Origin: Coprothermobacterota bacterium
GTDB taxonomy: Bacteria > Coprothermobacterota > Coprothermobacteria > Coprothermobacterales > Coprothermobacteraceae
Assembly (NCBI GenBank): GCA_036679065.1
Contig: JAZIGN010000003.1
Span: 448,001-512,000, forward strand
DNA: 64,000 nucleotides
Direction: 5' to 3'
Below are positions 10,659-21,002 of this stretch, piece after piece. The notes beneath the pieces were generated by a model, which had not been told where the DNA came from, did not search any database, and saw only the letters and a list, made by a program, of their open reading frames with translations. Numbering within the stretch: position 1 is the stretch's first letter; each line of letters starts with the position of its first letter. The position numbers and the translations under genes are program-made.

Positions 10659-11194
10659 ATCTTTATCTGCTTGTCAATTGTCTTAAATAGCTCAGCGAGT
10701 TTATGAAAGGATGTTTTGTTATTCGGTAGCCAGGAAGTATATAAGTCATTAAGTTCCTTGCTTTCGCTAAGTGTTGCCTTCACCATGGAATGAGCAAAGC
10801 TATTTGCATCTAGTTCATAGGGAAAGCTCAAATAAGCCTGAGTGAAATAATCTTCGTCACCATCAAGTTTGCACTCTACCCATGCATTGTCAAGCAACCG
10901 AAAACAAATGCCATTGTATAGTAGGACATATGGCAGACTCTCTCTGATTTCTTTATCGAGCTGTTCGGGGTGGGCATATTGAAGAGCGTGTCGCATCTCG
11001 TGATAGAGATAAAATAAAACTTTATATACGGGAGCGTTCAGAAGTAAATTAACATTTACAAACAATGTGTTGATTGTAACATCATAAGTACCGTAGGCTG
11101 TTTTATAACCACTGAACACATCATCAGACACAAAAGAAAAATCCAAACCATTTGCTCTACGGAAGCTATCAATTATAGGTTTAATGTGTTTCAT
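10655..11194 (-). CDS. putative zinc metallopeptidase-like protein (HExxH)
   Basis: LYHEMRHALQ motif plus downstream YELDANSFA (candidate third Glu ligand). Confidence 0.65.
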   Translation of the reverse strand: MKHIKPIIDSFRRANGLDFSFVSDDVFSGYKTAYGTYDVTINTLFVNVNLLLNAPVYKVLFYLYHEMRHALQYAHPEQLDKEIRESLPYVLLYNGICFRLLDNAWVECKLDGDEDYFTQAYLSFPYELDANSFAHSMVKATLSESKELNDLYTSWLPNNKTSFHKLAELFKTIDKQIKI

Positions 11195-11590
11195 ATATCC
11201 TTCATATTACACTTGAACTCACAATTTATCCATTTGTAGATATGATGTTCAAAGGCAAATTAGAATAGCCTGTTATTAGCATACACACGTTTTTTTCATC
11301 AAGTGTGGGAATTTTCCAGTTTAGTCTGTTGCCTGTAACAATACTCATTGACGGTATCTCCAATCAATTTATCATTCGCGAAAGCGACGTGTGGACGCAC
11401 ATTATTATGTGTCTTTTTGATTTAATTTTCGAGGGGTTTCTTGAAATTTACCGCATTAATGTATAACGTTTTTGCATCCTTTGTTCCAATCCCGCTAAAC
11501 AGGCCGTAGTTCGTAAGAATTGATGTTTTACTGTTGCATGTCCACTCTGCCAATGCGGGGATGTTTTTCAGTACTTGAGAAATAGGAAAA

Positions 11591-12232
11591 CTAATCGGTC
11601 ACAATATCTTTGACGTCGTAGCCTTCTTCCCAGTAGAATGTTTCAGGTAACGTATGGGCTTTAATGTTTTCTGGGAATTCGGAAGCAAATACAACAGCAT
11701 TTAGCGATTCGTCAAAATAAAGTTTCATGTCCACACCATTGTTCCTGACCAAGAACGCTTTGCTACCATAAAAGCCAGCGAAGTTGCTTTTCCTTTTTAG
11801 CAGGAAAACGGGTGGCAGATTCTTAAGTACCAGTTCGGTAAGTATGAGCTGTGTGTCACTAATATTCATCTCCGACACCAGCGAAATTAGGTTTTCTTCG
11901 GTACCGTTCATGCATAGGATGTACGGGCCCATTTTGAAGGGGTGAACTTGGCTAGCATCGCTGGGCAGCCCGGGAGATGCTTTTCTTGTGTGGAAAAGAA
12001 ACCATTCTCCCACATCTCTCAAATCTTGCATTTCTTGAGCAGCTTTACTTGCAGGCAATTTATCGGGTAGCCCTTTTTTCCAAACAAAAGAGGAGCCTTT
12101 TGTCCTTACGGCAAAGCCATTCCCATCCCCGCCACGTTTTCCCTCTAAAAAACTAAAAAACTCAGACAAATTTGGCAATACACTGCCGAATAAGGCAAAA
12201 CTTTCTTTGTTAAACAAAGTTATTCTACACAT
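11591..12232 (-). CDS. class II (Ntn) glutamine amidotransferase-like protein (YafJ/EgtC-like)
   Basis: N-terminal MCR (Cys2 nucleophile), DGNG, HTRKAS, HPF, NG, SDT, FASE; SD GGAGG. Confidence 0.8.
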   Translation of the reverse strand: MCRITLFNKESFALFGSVLPNLSEFFSFLEGKRGGDGNGFAVRTKGSSFVWKKGLPDKLPASKAAQEMQDLRDVGEWFLFHTRKASPGLPSDASQVHPFKMGPYILCMNGTEENLISLVSEMNISDTQLILTELVLKNLPPVFLLKRKSNFAGFYGSKAFLVRNNGVDMKLYFDESLNAVVFASEFPENIKAHTLPETFYWEEGYDVKDIVTD

Positions 12233-12284
12233 GCATGAAATCCTCCTAACTCTATTAATATTAAAGGAGAATGAGGTGGTTAGA

Positions 12285-13115
12285 ATGAATTCTTACAAGG
12301 CAATAAAACTAGCGTTGGGCTCTGGCGGTTACTTTGGCTTTGCGCATATCGGTGTGCTTAAGGTGCTTGAGCGAGAAGGTATTAAAGTAGAAGCTGTTTC
12401 TGGTTCATCTGTGGGAAGCATTATGGCTGTGTTGCATGCTAAGGGCCTGAGCGCTGATGAAATGGAGAAGGCTTCTTTGGAATTTGCGGAAACGCTTTTT
12501 ACCTATAGGTCTTGGACTTCCGTAATATCGAATCACATGAGCGAAGAAAAAATGATGAAAGCTGTGGAAGATCTAATCTGGGTAAAAGATTTTTCTCAGC
12601 TTAAAATACCCACATTCATATGTGCCACTGATTTAGTTCGTTTTAAGACTGTCTGGTTTTCCGAGGGGGATTTGGTTACAGCAGTACGTGCTAGCATTGC
12701 TGTTCCTGGTGTTTTCCCTGCGCTGGAAAAAGACGGTGTTGTATTAGCAGACGGTGGCATACTTGAGCCTTTACCTGTGGATGTGTTTAAGAGTAGCGAT
12801 GTGCCTGTGGTGGCTGTAAACCTTTACAGTTACGACAACTACGTTGCTTGGGAATTGCCAAGGAACAGGGTAAAAAAGCCTGTGGCGACTCTGATGAGGA
12901 CCTCAGATGCCATGTTGTGGGCTACTGCACAGCGTCAAAAAGAGTTTTGGTTCATCACCATTGAGCCTGATTTATCTTGTGCTAATGATGAGAGTTTGTC
13001 AGTGAAAGAGAGAGCAGCAGCCATGATCAAAAAAGGTGAAGAGGCGGCAGAATCCGCCTTGCCTGAACTGGAAAAAATGTTCCAAAGGACGTTACCTAAA
13101 CAGGAAGGAGTGTAG
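12285..13115 (+). CDS. patatin-like phospholipase (RssA family)
   Basis: LGSGGYFGFAHIGV, GSSVGS (GxSxG), RASIAVPG, DGG; ATG 12285 after GAGGTG. Confidence 0.88.
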   Translation: MNSYKAIKLALGSGGYFGFAHIGVLKVLEREGIKVEAVSGSSVGSIMAVLHAKGLSADEMEKASLEFAETLFTYRSWTSVISNHMSEEKMMKAVEDLIWVKDFSQLKIPTFICATDLVRFKTVWFSEGDLVTAVRASIAVPGVFPALEKDGVVLADGGILEPLPVDVFKSSDVPVVAVNLYSYDNYVAWELPRNRVKKPVATLMRTSDAMLWATAQRQKEFWFITIEPDLSCANDESLSVKERAAAMIKKGEEAAESALPELEKMFQRTLPKQEGV

Positions 13116-13122
13116 TGTAATC

Positions 13123-14157
13123 ATGGAGGTTGGAATTGTTGGTCTACCTTTATGCGGCAAAACCACACTTTTTAAAGCTTTAACAGGAAATAAAATACCG
13201 GTGAAAGATAAGGAAATAAACATGGGGGCTGCATTGGTACCTGATGAGCGAGTGGATGCTTTGGCTGCTGTTTTTAAATCCAAAAAAGTGGTTTATGCAT
13301 CCATTAATGTGGTGGACATGCCGGGAGTGGATCCTGACGACAGAAAGAGCACGTCACGCTTTTTGGAAGGTGCTCGAAGCGTTGATGCCTTGGTACATGT
13401 TGTAAGGGGTTTTGAGAGCGATTTGGTGCCACATCCTATGGGTCGAATAAATCCCAAAGAAGATGCAGAAATACTGGATACAGAGCTCATCTTTGCTGAT
13501 ATGGAAATGGCTGAGAAACGTTTGTCGGCTAAAAAGATCCCGCAAGAAGAAAAGGTACTTCTTGACAAGGCGTCCAAGGTGCTTGAACAAGAACAGCTAT
13601 TGGTTTATGGAGATTCCCTCACAGAAGAAGAGAAGGAACAACTTAAGAAAATGGGGTTTGTAACCGCAAGGCCTCAGATGTATGTTTTGAATATAGAAGA
13701 AAATACATCAAAATCATTAATTGATGACTTTACAATGTTTGCACATGAGAAGGGGCGTTTATCTTTAGTAGTGAATGCAGAACTAGAATCTGAGATTTCA
13801 TCATTGGAACCAGGGGAGCAAAAAGCGTTTCTTGAGGAGTACGGCATCGCTGAACCAGCTGTGGTAAGGCTTGCCAAGACTTTGTATGACCTTTTGGGGC
13901 TTCAATCTTTCCTTACCGCTGGAGAGAAGGAAGCCAGAGCTTGGACTGTGAAGAAAGGGGCCACAGCTGTTGAAGCTGCTGGAGTAATTCACAGTGATAT
14001 TGCTCGTGGCTTTATCAGAGCCGAAGTAGTAAACTGGCAAGATTTGGTTAATGTTGGAGGATGGAAGGAAGCACAGCAGGCAGGCTTAGTACGCCTAGAA
14101 AGAAAAGATTACATCATACAAGAAGGGGACGTGCTGTATTTTAGATTTCACGTCTGA
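13123..14157 (+). CDS. ychF: YchF/Obg-family ATPase
   Basis: GIVGLPLCGKTT P-loop, VHVVRGF, EARAWT, AAGVIHSD..RGFIRAEV, C-terminal FRF; ATG 13123 after GGAG. Confidence 0.88.
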   Translation: MEVGIVGLPLCGKTTLFKALTGNKIPVKDKEINMGAALVPDERVDALAAVFKSKKVVYASINVVDMPGVDPDDRKSTSRFLEGARSVDALVHVVRGFESDLVPHPMGRINPKEDAEILDTELIFADMEMAEKRLSAKKIPQEEKVLLDKASKVLEQEQLLVYGDSLTEEEKEQLKKMGFVTARPQMYVLNIEENTSKSLIDDFTMFAHEKGRLSLVVNAELESEISSLEPGEQKAFLEEYGIAEPAVVRLAKTLYDLLGLQSFLTAGEKEARAWTVKKGATAVEAAGVIHSDIARGFIRAEVVNWQDLVNVGGWKEAQQAGLVRLERKDYIIQEGDVLYFRFHV

Positions 14158-15685
14158 TTAGCTCTTCAGCAACGGGATGCCTCATTACGATCATCAAGAG
14201 GCCATATACAACGGCTGATATGAATACGTTCAATAGTGTGTACATGTTTCTCATTGGCAAGAATCTATATAGCGAGTATGTAACTATGCCCATAATCGTT
14301 GCGGCAATAAAAGACTTGATCATGGGCTGCAAGCAGGGTCTTAATGTGAGGTGTGGTATTTTGCCTCTGATAAACACATGATACAGGATCACATTTAAGC
14401 AAATGGTTATGGATGTTGACAGAGCAAGACCCAGTGCTCCTAGGCCTAAGGGAAAAGCAAGTATGTAGTTAAGTGCAATGTTAAATATTACGCCAGCACT
14501 AGCTATTTTCATTGGGGTAGATGTGTCTCCAGTGGTGTAATAGAGCCGTGGGTAAAGCATGCTCAAACCAGCAGCAAAGAGGCCAATCCCGTAGGCTCTT
14601 ATAAGGGTTCCTGTAACTTGTGCATCTCTTAGCGAGAAATTGCCACGCTGGAACAGCAGTTTTGCCAGTGGGAAACCTAGTATGATCAATCCAATAGCTG
14701 AGGGTATCATGATGGCTTGTATGACATTAAATGCTTTCTGAACGCGCCGATTAAGGTCTTGGTAGGCTGAACTATGAAAATCCTCAATGATGTAAGGATA
14801 GTAAGCCGCAGAAACACTGGCAGCAAAAATACCAACCACCATAGTCATGAGCTGGTTACCGTAGTTAAGTGCGGCAATGCTTCCTACAGGTAGAAATGAA
14901 GCCATTATCTGGTCTACAAGCACATTTATGTACTGTACCGAGCTTCCAAGTAATATGGGAAAAGCTAATACCAAAAACTCTTTGACATAGGGATTTTTGA
15001 AATCAACAAAGGGACGAAAAAAACCTGTGTTCTTGCTAGCTATTCTGAGTAGTGGTATCAAAACAAAAACAGCCGCACCTGAGATGGTTCCTAATGCCAG
15101 AAGAAAAATACTTTGATGGGGGAAAGCGAAGTAAGCTAGTACTATGAATAGAAGTATGATGATGTTTTGCATCGGGGCTGAAACCATGTAAGGAACGAAG
15201 TCTTTGTAGGCTTGACTTAATCCTGTGAGCATGCCATTCATGACAATGAAAAGCGTGGAAAAAGCAGTAAACCTGAGAAAGTAAACAGCTAAATTAAAAC
15301 GTGCTCCGCTTTCGCTCAAGAAACCGGGTGCGAATACTGCAACGAAAGGCTGTGGAAAAATGGATAAGATCAGAGAAAAAATAAACAAAGCAAACGCCGT
15401 AGTGCCTACAATTGCATTGGCAGCCTGCCAAGCGCTTTTTTCGTCTTTTTCGTGTCTAAGTCTCATGAAAAGAGGAATTAACCCTGCTGAAGTAGAGGCA
15501 TTTAATAAGCTACCAAGCTGGTTAGGTATGTATTGAGAAATGTTGTATGCATCGCGAATACCACTTAGACCGTAGAGTGAAGCCAAGGCGACTTCCCGAA
15601 GAAAGCCTGTTACGCGGCTAATTAGCACAGCAACGGTTACTTGCCCCGTTGCTTTTCTCAAGCTTGGCTGGTTTTCCATAGGCAT
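14141..15685 (-). CDS. murJ: lipid II flippase MurJ (MviN)
   Basis: SRVTGFLRE, FAPGF, LVDQIMASFLPVGSIAALNY, LFQRGNF; many TM segments. Confidence 0.9.
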   Translation of the reverse strand: MPMENQPSLRKATGQVTVAVLISRVTGFLREVALASLYGLSGIRDAYNISQYIPNQLGSLLNASTSAGLIPLFMRLRHEKDEKSAWQAANAIVGTTAFALFIFSLILSIFPQPFVAVFAPGFLSESGARFNLAVYFLRFTAFSTLFIVMNGMLTGLSQAYKDFVPYMVSAPMQNIIILLFIVLAYFAFPHQSIFLLALGTISGAAVFVLIPLLRIASKNTGFFRPFVDFKNPYVKEFLVLAFPILLGSSVQYINVLVDQIMASFLPVGSIAALNYGNQLMTMVVGIFAASVSAAYYPYIIEDFHSSAYQDLNRRVQKAFNVIQAIMIPSAIGLIILGFPLAKLLFQRGNFSLRDAQVTGTLIRAYGIGLFAAGLSMLYPRLYYTTGDTSTPMKIASAGVIFNIALNYILAFPLGLGALGLALSTSITICLNVILYHVFIRGKIPHLTLRPCLQPMIKSFIAATIMGIVTYSLYRFLPMRNMYTLLNVFISAVVYGLLMIVMRHPVAEELIRREI

Positions 15686-15762
15686 TTATATGTTAGCATG
15701 AAGCGCACTGCAAAACATAAAGGCCTTTGTAAAGACTTTCAGCTCTGTGTTAACATTTAAGC

Positions 15763-15852
15763 GGAGGGGTGCCCGAACCTGGCAAGGGCCCGGACTCGAA
15801 ATCCGAGGGCAGCCTTATGGCTGTGTGGGTTCAAATCCCACCCCCTCCGCCA
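15763..15852 (+). tRNA. tRNA-Ser(CGA)
   Basis: Acceptor GGAGGGG/CCCCTCC, G discriminator, encoded CCA, anticodon CGA at 15797-15799, long variable arm GCAGCC-TTAT-GGCTGT, T arm GTGGG-TTCAAAT-CCCAC; C27/A43 mismatch at top of anticodon stem. Confidence 0.93.
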
Positions 15853-15874
15853 AAGGGTTAATTAGGGTATGTGG

Positions 15875-17059
15875 CTAAGATTGGATTACGCCCAGTTCTT
15901 TCCCCACAGCAGTAAATTGCTCCACAGCAAAATCAAGATCGTCTCGGCTGTGAGTAGCTGAAATCATGACACGCATGCGCGCTTTGCCCTTCGGGACAGT
16001 GGGGTAACTAATGGCTTGAGCAAAAACGTTTCTTTCAAAGAGTTTCTTTGAAAACTCCTGCGTTGTGATTTCATCGCCAATCATAACAGGCGTTATGGGT
16101 GTTTGGCTGTTACCCAAATCGAAACCGGCTTTTCTCATGTGTTCCTTAAAATAGTTGGCATTTTCCCAAAGTTTCTTTACTAGTTCGTCTGACTCCTGAA
16201 GAATTCTTACTGCCTCCATGGAAGCATAAACATCAGCAGCAGTAGGAGCAGAAGAGAAAAGTAGGGGTCTGGCTTTTTGTTTGAGCAGTTCTGCTAGGAG
16301 TTTGCTACCAGCGGCAAAACCACCTACCACGCCAAAAGCCTTGGATAATGTACCTATTTCCACATCAACACGGCCCTGTAAACCAAAGTAATCCACTATG
16401 CCGCGTCCTGAATCACCAAGTACTCCCTCACCGTGAGCATCATCAACGTAAAGGATGCACTGGTACTTATCTGCCAAGTCAGCCAACTTATCCATGGGTG
16501 CTATGTCTCCATCCATGGAGAAAACACCGTCTGTGATAATCATTGCCTTCTTGTAGTTTTGCCTTTCTTGCTTCAAAAGTTCTTCCAAGGTTTGAACGTT
16601 AAGGTGAGGATATCGTATGATCTTAGCTCGACTAAGTCTGCAACCGTCGATTATGGAAGCGTGATTCAACTCGTCCGAAAAGATGGCATCTCCTTCACCA
16701 ACCAAGGCAGGTATGGTGCCTAAATCTGCGCAAAAGCCCGATTGATAAAGAACAGCCGCTTCAGCTCCCTTGAATTCTGCCAGCATTTCTTCTAATTTTT
16801 CCTGAGGTAGTTGATCGCCGGCAATAGTTCTCACTGCTGCAGGCCCAGCCCCATAGTCATCTATGCCTTTCTTTGCCGCTTCCTTCAATCTGGGGTGGTT
16901 TGCAAAACCCAAGTAGTTGTTAGAGGAAAGGTTCAGAACCTTTTTGCCGTCCACAATGATCCATGCACCTTGGGGCGAGCCAATTTTTCTGATGGTCACG
17001 TACAGCCCTTGTTCCCTGCGTTCGTTTAATTCTCTCTCGAATTCTTCCACAGGCATCAT
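15875..17059 (-). CDS. kbl: PLP-dependent alpha-oxoamine synthase (glycine C-acetyltransferase Kbl / BioF family)
   Basis: [49 protein letters not shown]. Kbl versus BioF cannot be settled by eye. Confidence 0.8.
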   Translation of the reverse strand: MMPVEEFERELNERREQGLYVTIRKIGSPQGAWIIVDGKKVLNLSSNNYLGFANHPRLKEAAKKGIDDYGAGPAAVRTIAGDQLPQEKLEEMLAEFKGAEAAVLYQSGFCADLGTIPALVGEGDAIFSDELNHASIIDGCRLSRAKIIRYPHLNVQTLEELLKQERQNYKKAMIITDGVFSMDGDIAPMDKLADLADKYQCILYVDDAHGEGVLGDSGRGIVDYFGLQGRVDVEIGTLSKAFGVVGGFAAGSKLLAELLKQKARPLLFSSAPTAADVYASMEAVRILQESDELVKKLWENANYFKEHMRKAGFDLGNSQTPITPVMIGDEITTQEFSKKLFERNVFAQAISYPTVPKGKARMRVMISATHSRDDLDFAVEQFTAVGKELGVIQS

Positions 17060-17102
17060 AGTGCTACCGCCTCCTTAATCTTCATTTAGTATAATATGAC
17101 TC

Positions 17103-17990
17103 ATGAGAAAAATAAGGCTATTCTACAGCTTTCTTTGGCTGGTGTTTATTCTACTAAGTGCATATGTTTTCACGTTTTTCCCCGGAACCAAGACAATTCC
17201 AAACAAGTTGGGGCCATTTCAGCTATATGCAATCATGATAACGATGGGAGCCATATTCGCTTACTTAGCGGCATTGCTTCTTGGCCCAGTGAAGGGTATA
17301 GAGGAAGAGCTCATCGACAAATTTGCTTTAGTTGCCATACCTTTTGGCTTAGTGGGAGCGCGGCTTGGATTTGTCTTGCAAAACGCTGAATACTACCAAA
17401 ATCATCCGTTAGAAGTTATTGGAATAACTCCAGATGGTTTTGGCCTTTCGGGACTATCCATACATGGAGTCATTGTTGCTGGTGTCCTTTGTTTGCTGCT
17501 TTTCTATGGATGGGTTGGTCTTAGAACACTGGATTTAGGCGACTTAGGTGCTACTATACTGCTTATTGGTCAAGCTTTTGGTCGCTTCGGGAATTTCTTT
17601 AACCAGGAACTTTACGGTTACCCTACCAGTGTGCCCTGGAAAATGTTCATCGACCCAGCACACCGATTGGCTGGATATTATGATCAAGCTTTCTATCATC
17701 CCACGTTTTTCTACGAGGGGTTCTTGTGCTTGCTGGGGGCGACCATTCTTGCATACAGGTTCTTACATAAAAGAAGGTTCAGGGGTCAAATTGTTTTGGA
17801 ATACCTCATGCTTTACAGTTTAATAAGGTTTGTTGTGGAGTTTTTCCGTATAGAGCCCCCATCATTGTGGGGGCTCCATACGGCACAGCTGCTGTCGCTG
17901 GTTATTATAGTCCTTTGTGGAATTATGTACGTACTGACTCTGAGATTTGGACAAAAACTCTTCGTTGGCGAGGCCCGTCAAACTCCATAA
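17103..17990 (+). CDS. lgt: prolipoprotein diacylglyceryl transferase
   Basis: GARL, GLSIHG, GQAFGRFGNFFNQELYG, HPTFFYE, RFVVEFFR. Confidence 0.92.
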   Translation: MRKIRLFYSFLWLVFILLSAYVFTFFPGTKTIPNKLGPFQLYAIMITMGAIFAYLAALLLGPVKGIEEELIDKFALVAIPFGLVGARLGFVLQNAEYYQNHPLEVIGITPDGFGLSGLSIHGVIVAGVLCLLLFYGWVGLRTLDLGDLGATILLIGQAFGRFGNFFNQELYGYPTSVPWKMFIDPAHRLAGYYDQAFYHPTFFYEGFLCLLGATILAYRFLHKRRFRGQIVLEYLMLYSLIRFVVEFFRIEPPSLWGLHTAQLLSLVIIVLCGIMYVLTLRFGQKLFVGEARQTP

Positions 17991-18324
17991 AGAAGATGCC
18001 CTGCCAAGTTCCTAATGAAAGTTTGCCTTGGTGAATAGGCACAGTTATCGATGAACCTACTACTGAGCACAAAAAGTGGGCATCGGAGTTCCCTTCCAAA
18101 TGTGTCCATTCCATTCCAGCTGTCAGCTTGACCAAAGCATTCATGATGTCATGGATGACCGATGGGTCTGCATGCTCATTTATGGTGATCCCTGCTGTGG
18201 TGTGGGGCACGTAGACCACACAGATGCCTTCACTCACGCCAGAATTATGGACCACATCTTCTATGTCCCGAGTTATGTCAACTGCTGCACGCCTAGAAGG
18301 TGTTCTCACTGACAGCTCAATCAT
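17923..18324 (-). CDS. yjbQ: YjbQ family (secondary thiamine-phosphate synthase-like) protein
   Basis: PHTTAGITINE, HLEGNSDAH, LGTWQGIFFMEFDGPR; ATG 18324 after GGAG. Confidence 0.9.
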   Translation of the reverse strand: MIELSVRTPSRRAAVDITRDIEDVVHNSGVSEGICVVYVPHTTAGITINEHADPSVIHDIMNALVKLTAGMEWTHLEGNSDAHFLCSVVGSSITVPIHQGKLSLGTWQGIFFMEFDGPRQRRVFVQISESVRT

Positions 18325-18739
18325 GGCGTATCTCCCAGCGAATTTCTTTTTCAATATCAGGTCTTAAAGTTGCTGATACGCCGCAGTATTTTTGCTGAGA
18401 AAGTTCAATGGCTTTTTTCAGGTTATCCTCATTTACATTTCCGTATGCTACATAGGTCAATATGATCTTCTTTATGTATTTTGGGTGTTCTTCAGCGGTT
18501 TCTCCTTCCACATTCACTACCAGTTTTTCTAAAGGTTCTTGCATTTTCTTTAAAATGGAAATCACGTCCATAGCGGTGCAACCTGCTAATGCAGCTAGTA
18601 GCATTTCTTTAGGTCTTGGCCCCTGCTCCAGTCCACCGTTGTCCTTGGGGCTGTCCATAACAAAGGCAAATCCACTCCCTGTGCGTGCTAAAAGCTGCAT
18701 TCCTTCGACTTCATGGACTTCCACTTTTAACGTACCCAT
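18317..18739 (-). CDS. OsmC family protein (YhfA-like)
   Basis: GPRPKEMLLAALAGCTAMDV and KYCGVSATL (two conserved Cys). Confidence 0.88.
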   Translation of the reverse strand: MGTLKVEVHEVEGMQLLARTGSGFAFVMDSPKDNGGLEQGPRPKEMLLAALAGCTAMDVISILKKMQEPLEKLVVNVEGETAEEHPKYIKKIILTYVAYGNVNEDNLKKAIELSQQKYCGVSATLRPDIEKEIRWEIRHD

Positions 18740-18782
18740 GCAGACTTACACCTCCTTTAACTTATCCATACCGCAAAAGCTC

Positions 18783-21002
18783 TTACTCTATGCTGGCAAG
18801 CAAGCTCTCTATGGATTTTTGAATACTTGCCATTTGGTCACGCATCTTGACCAACTCTTCGTTTGTTGTAATAGCAAGGACTTCTTGAGCATGTTTTATG
18901 TGCTCTAGAGCTGTGTTTAAATCCGTGCGTGCAGCATCTTTGTTCCCTTGCGCTAAGTAAAGTTGTGCTCGGTTTGACAGAAGAATGGCTAGATTCATGC
19001 GTGCTGAATAGAACTGATGATCCCAGTTTACAGCTTTCTCAAAATACTCAATGGACTTATCTAACCCACCCACTTTTGCGTAGACGTTTGCCATAGTTGC
19101 ATACAAGTTTTCAGGTGCCCAGGTAGTGGACTCATACTGCTGAGCCTTCGCTATGGCTGTGGCTACCACGTTATTTGCTTCATCTGGACTAGCGGTTTGT
19201 GTTAGATCCCAATAGTAAGAAGCAGCCCTAAGATAGTTTATGGCATAGTAGGACTCGTTTGGGTTATAAGCCATAGCTTTATCAAGAAAATATAGAGAGC
19301 TTGCAATGACCTGTGGCTTTTGTTCGTCAGTTAAAGAAGCCTGGTTGGATTCATAATACCGCATGTTCCCCAAACCGCTTCTAAAATACGACTCGGCTTT
19401 CCATGCGTTGAAGTAATAGTAACCGTTGTAAAGTGAAAGTCCCAGCAAAAGAGCCCAAGCTACCAAAGTGGTCGGTTTTACCCATGGTTTTGTCTGTTTG
19501 ATTTCCTCAGTTGGCCTGACATAGATGTTGTAAGAAGCCATAATCAGACCGAGTAAAGCGTAGAACATCATCAAGGAAGGTAGCATGTCAAAAATGGTTA
19601 CCAGGTTCGTAGCGTATGCCACCAAGGCGGCAGCTATGCCAATAATAAGCATCTTTTCTTTTTTGGGCTCAGCCACTCTAAGTGTTTTATAAAGCATTCC
19701 CGCTGCTGCTATGAAGATCCATGCATAGAAGACAAAACCTATAATGCCCACTTTTGCAAGCACGCCTAAAAAGTTGTTATGCGGGTCGTCGTAGTTAACG
19801 TTTGGTTCCAGTTGTGAAAGCTCTAAGGGTTTGTACGGCATAAACCCTCGCCTGAAACTTTCAATACCGATACCAAATAGCCTTCCGTCAAGAGTATTCT
19901 CAACAGAAAAACCAATAGTGTGTTTCCACAAAACCAAACGTGTGCCAACTGTGGAACCGAGTTTCTCAGCTATGGTTACAGGTGGTAGAGAATAGATTTC
20001 GTAAACTCCAAATATGCCGACGGCTAACACAACTACAACTAATATGGTGCTAAAGCGCCACAGTTTTGCACGCTCGCGTTTATCTAAGAAAACCAAGTTT
20101 ATAAAAGCCCACAACGTTAACCCAACACCTATGCCCAAGACAGCTGAAAGCAAATCTGTCATGCGGTTTGCTGGGAAAACCAGCAGCGTAAGAACAAAGA
20201 GTGCTAATGAAACGCCTAAAGCAGCGTACAGCCATTTCTCATTTTTCTTCTTGTCGTCACCTGTAAAGAACGTATGGAAGGTAAGGAAACCCATGGTTAG
20301 ACCTCCGAAAGCACCCATGACACCACCTTGAGCTGTAACCATGAGACTGAAAAACTGCAGTGCAAAGCTGGTTAGCCATATCCAGGTGTTGTCACTACCA
20401 AGATCGCTTAGTAGCCTTCCGAATGTGAGAAACGTTGTGATCACCATTACGGGGCCAAAAAAGTCAGGGTTACCCATAAATCCGAATGCTTCTGTGCCGT
20501 AACCCGAAGTAAATCCTAGTGGGTCGAAGCCGAAAAACTGCGATATACCTACTAGGGCATTAACTGTTCCAAAGACAATTAGGGTGTCCACAACGATGTT
20601 AAGTAGATTCTTCCTGTCTACAACGCCAGCCAATATGAACGCTAGCGATATGGCTTGTAGTTGTACAATGAGTCCGATTTGCCGCTCGTAAACGCCCAAA
20701 AACGATATTACAGGTGTTATGGAAAATATCGTGGAGAATACTAGGGACAGAGCATAGCCGATGATGGGGATAAGCAACGGGGTTTTAAGCCATTTTTGGT
20801 CTTTCCACAAACTCAGGAAAAGTATCCACGAGCCCAATACAAGCCAAAGCCATGTAAAAACAGCAGATTTCGTCAAATCAAAGGCTCTGGTCACTGCACG
20901 AGAGTAGAAAACAAGTGGAAAAACAAGAAGAATCAAACTCAGGGTCACAAGAAGTACAGGTGTTGGACCTTCAGAAGTGCGGCGCTGACTTTTTTTTGCC
21001 AT
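18783..21002 (-). CDS. O-antigen ligase / O-oligosaccharyltransferase-like membrane protein with C-terminal TPRs
   Basis: GFMGNPDF, TRLVLW, GIGIESF, PHNNFL (Wzy_C-like), many TMs, TPR-like helical C-terminus. Confidence 0.75.
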   Translation of the reverse strand: MAKKSQRRTSEGPTPVLLVTLSLILLVFPLVFYSRAVTRAFDLTKSAVFTWLWLVLGSWILFLSLWKDQKWLKTPLLIPIIGYALSLVFSTIFSITPVISFLGVYERQIGLIVQLQAISLAFILAGVVDRKNLLNIVVDTLIVFGTVNALVGISQFFGFDPLGFTSGYGTEAFGFMGNPDFFGPVMVITTFLTFGRLLSDLGSDNTWIWLTSFALQFFSLMVTAQGGVMGAFGGLTMGFLTFHTFFTGDDKKKNEKWLYAALGVSLALFVLTLLVFPANRMTDLLSAVLGIGVGLTLWAFINLVFLDKRERAKLWRFSTILVVVVLAVGIFGVYEIYSLPPVTIAEKLGSTVGTRLVLWKHTIGFSVENTLDGRLFGIGIESFRRGFMPYKPLELSQLEPNVNYDDPHNNFLGVLAKVGIIGFVFYAWIFIAAAGMLYKTLRVAEPKKEKMLIIGIAAALVAYATNLVTIFDMLPSLMMFYALLGLIMASYNIYVRPTEEIKQTKPWVKPTTLVAWALLLGLSLYNGYYYFNAWKAESYFRSGLGNMRYYESNQASLTDEQKPQVIASSLYFLDKAMAYNPNESYYAINYLRAASYYWDLTQTASPDEANNVVATAIAKAQQYESTTWAPENLYATMANVYAKVGGLDKSIEYFEKAVNWDHQFYSARMNLAILLSNRAQLYLAQGNKDAARTDLNTALEHIKHAQEVLAITTNEELVKMRDQMASIQKSIESLLASIE

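Noticed and set aside
15763..15880. tRNA-Ser as an integration site
   Set aside because: No integrase and no duplicated tRNA 3' end seen; kbl ends 22 bp downstream.
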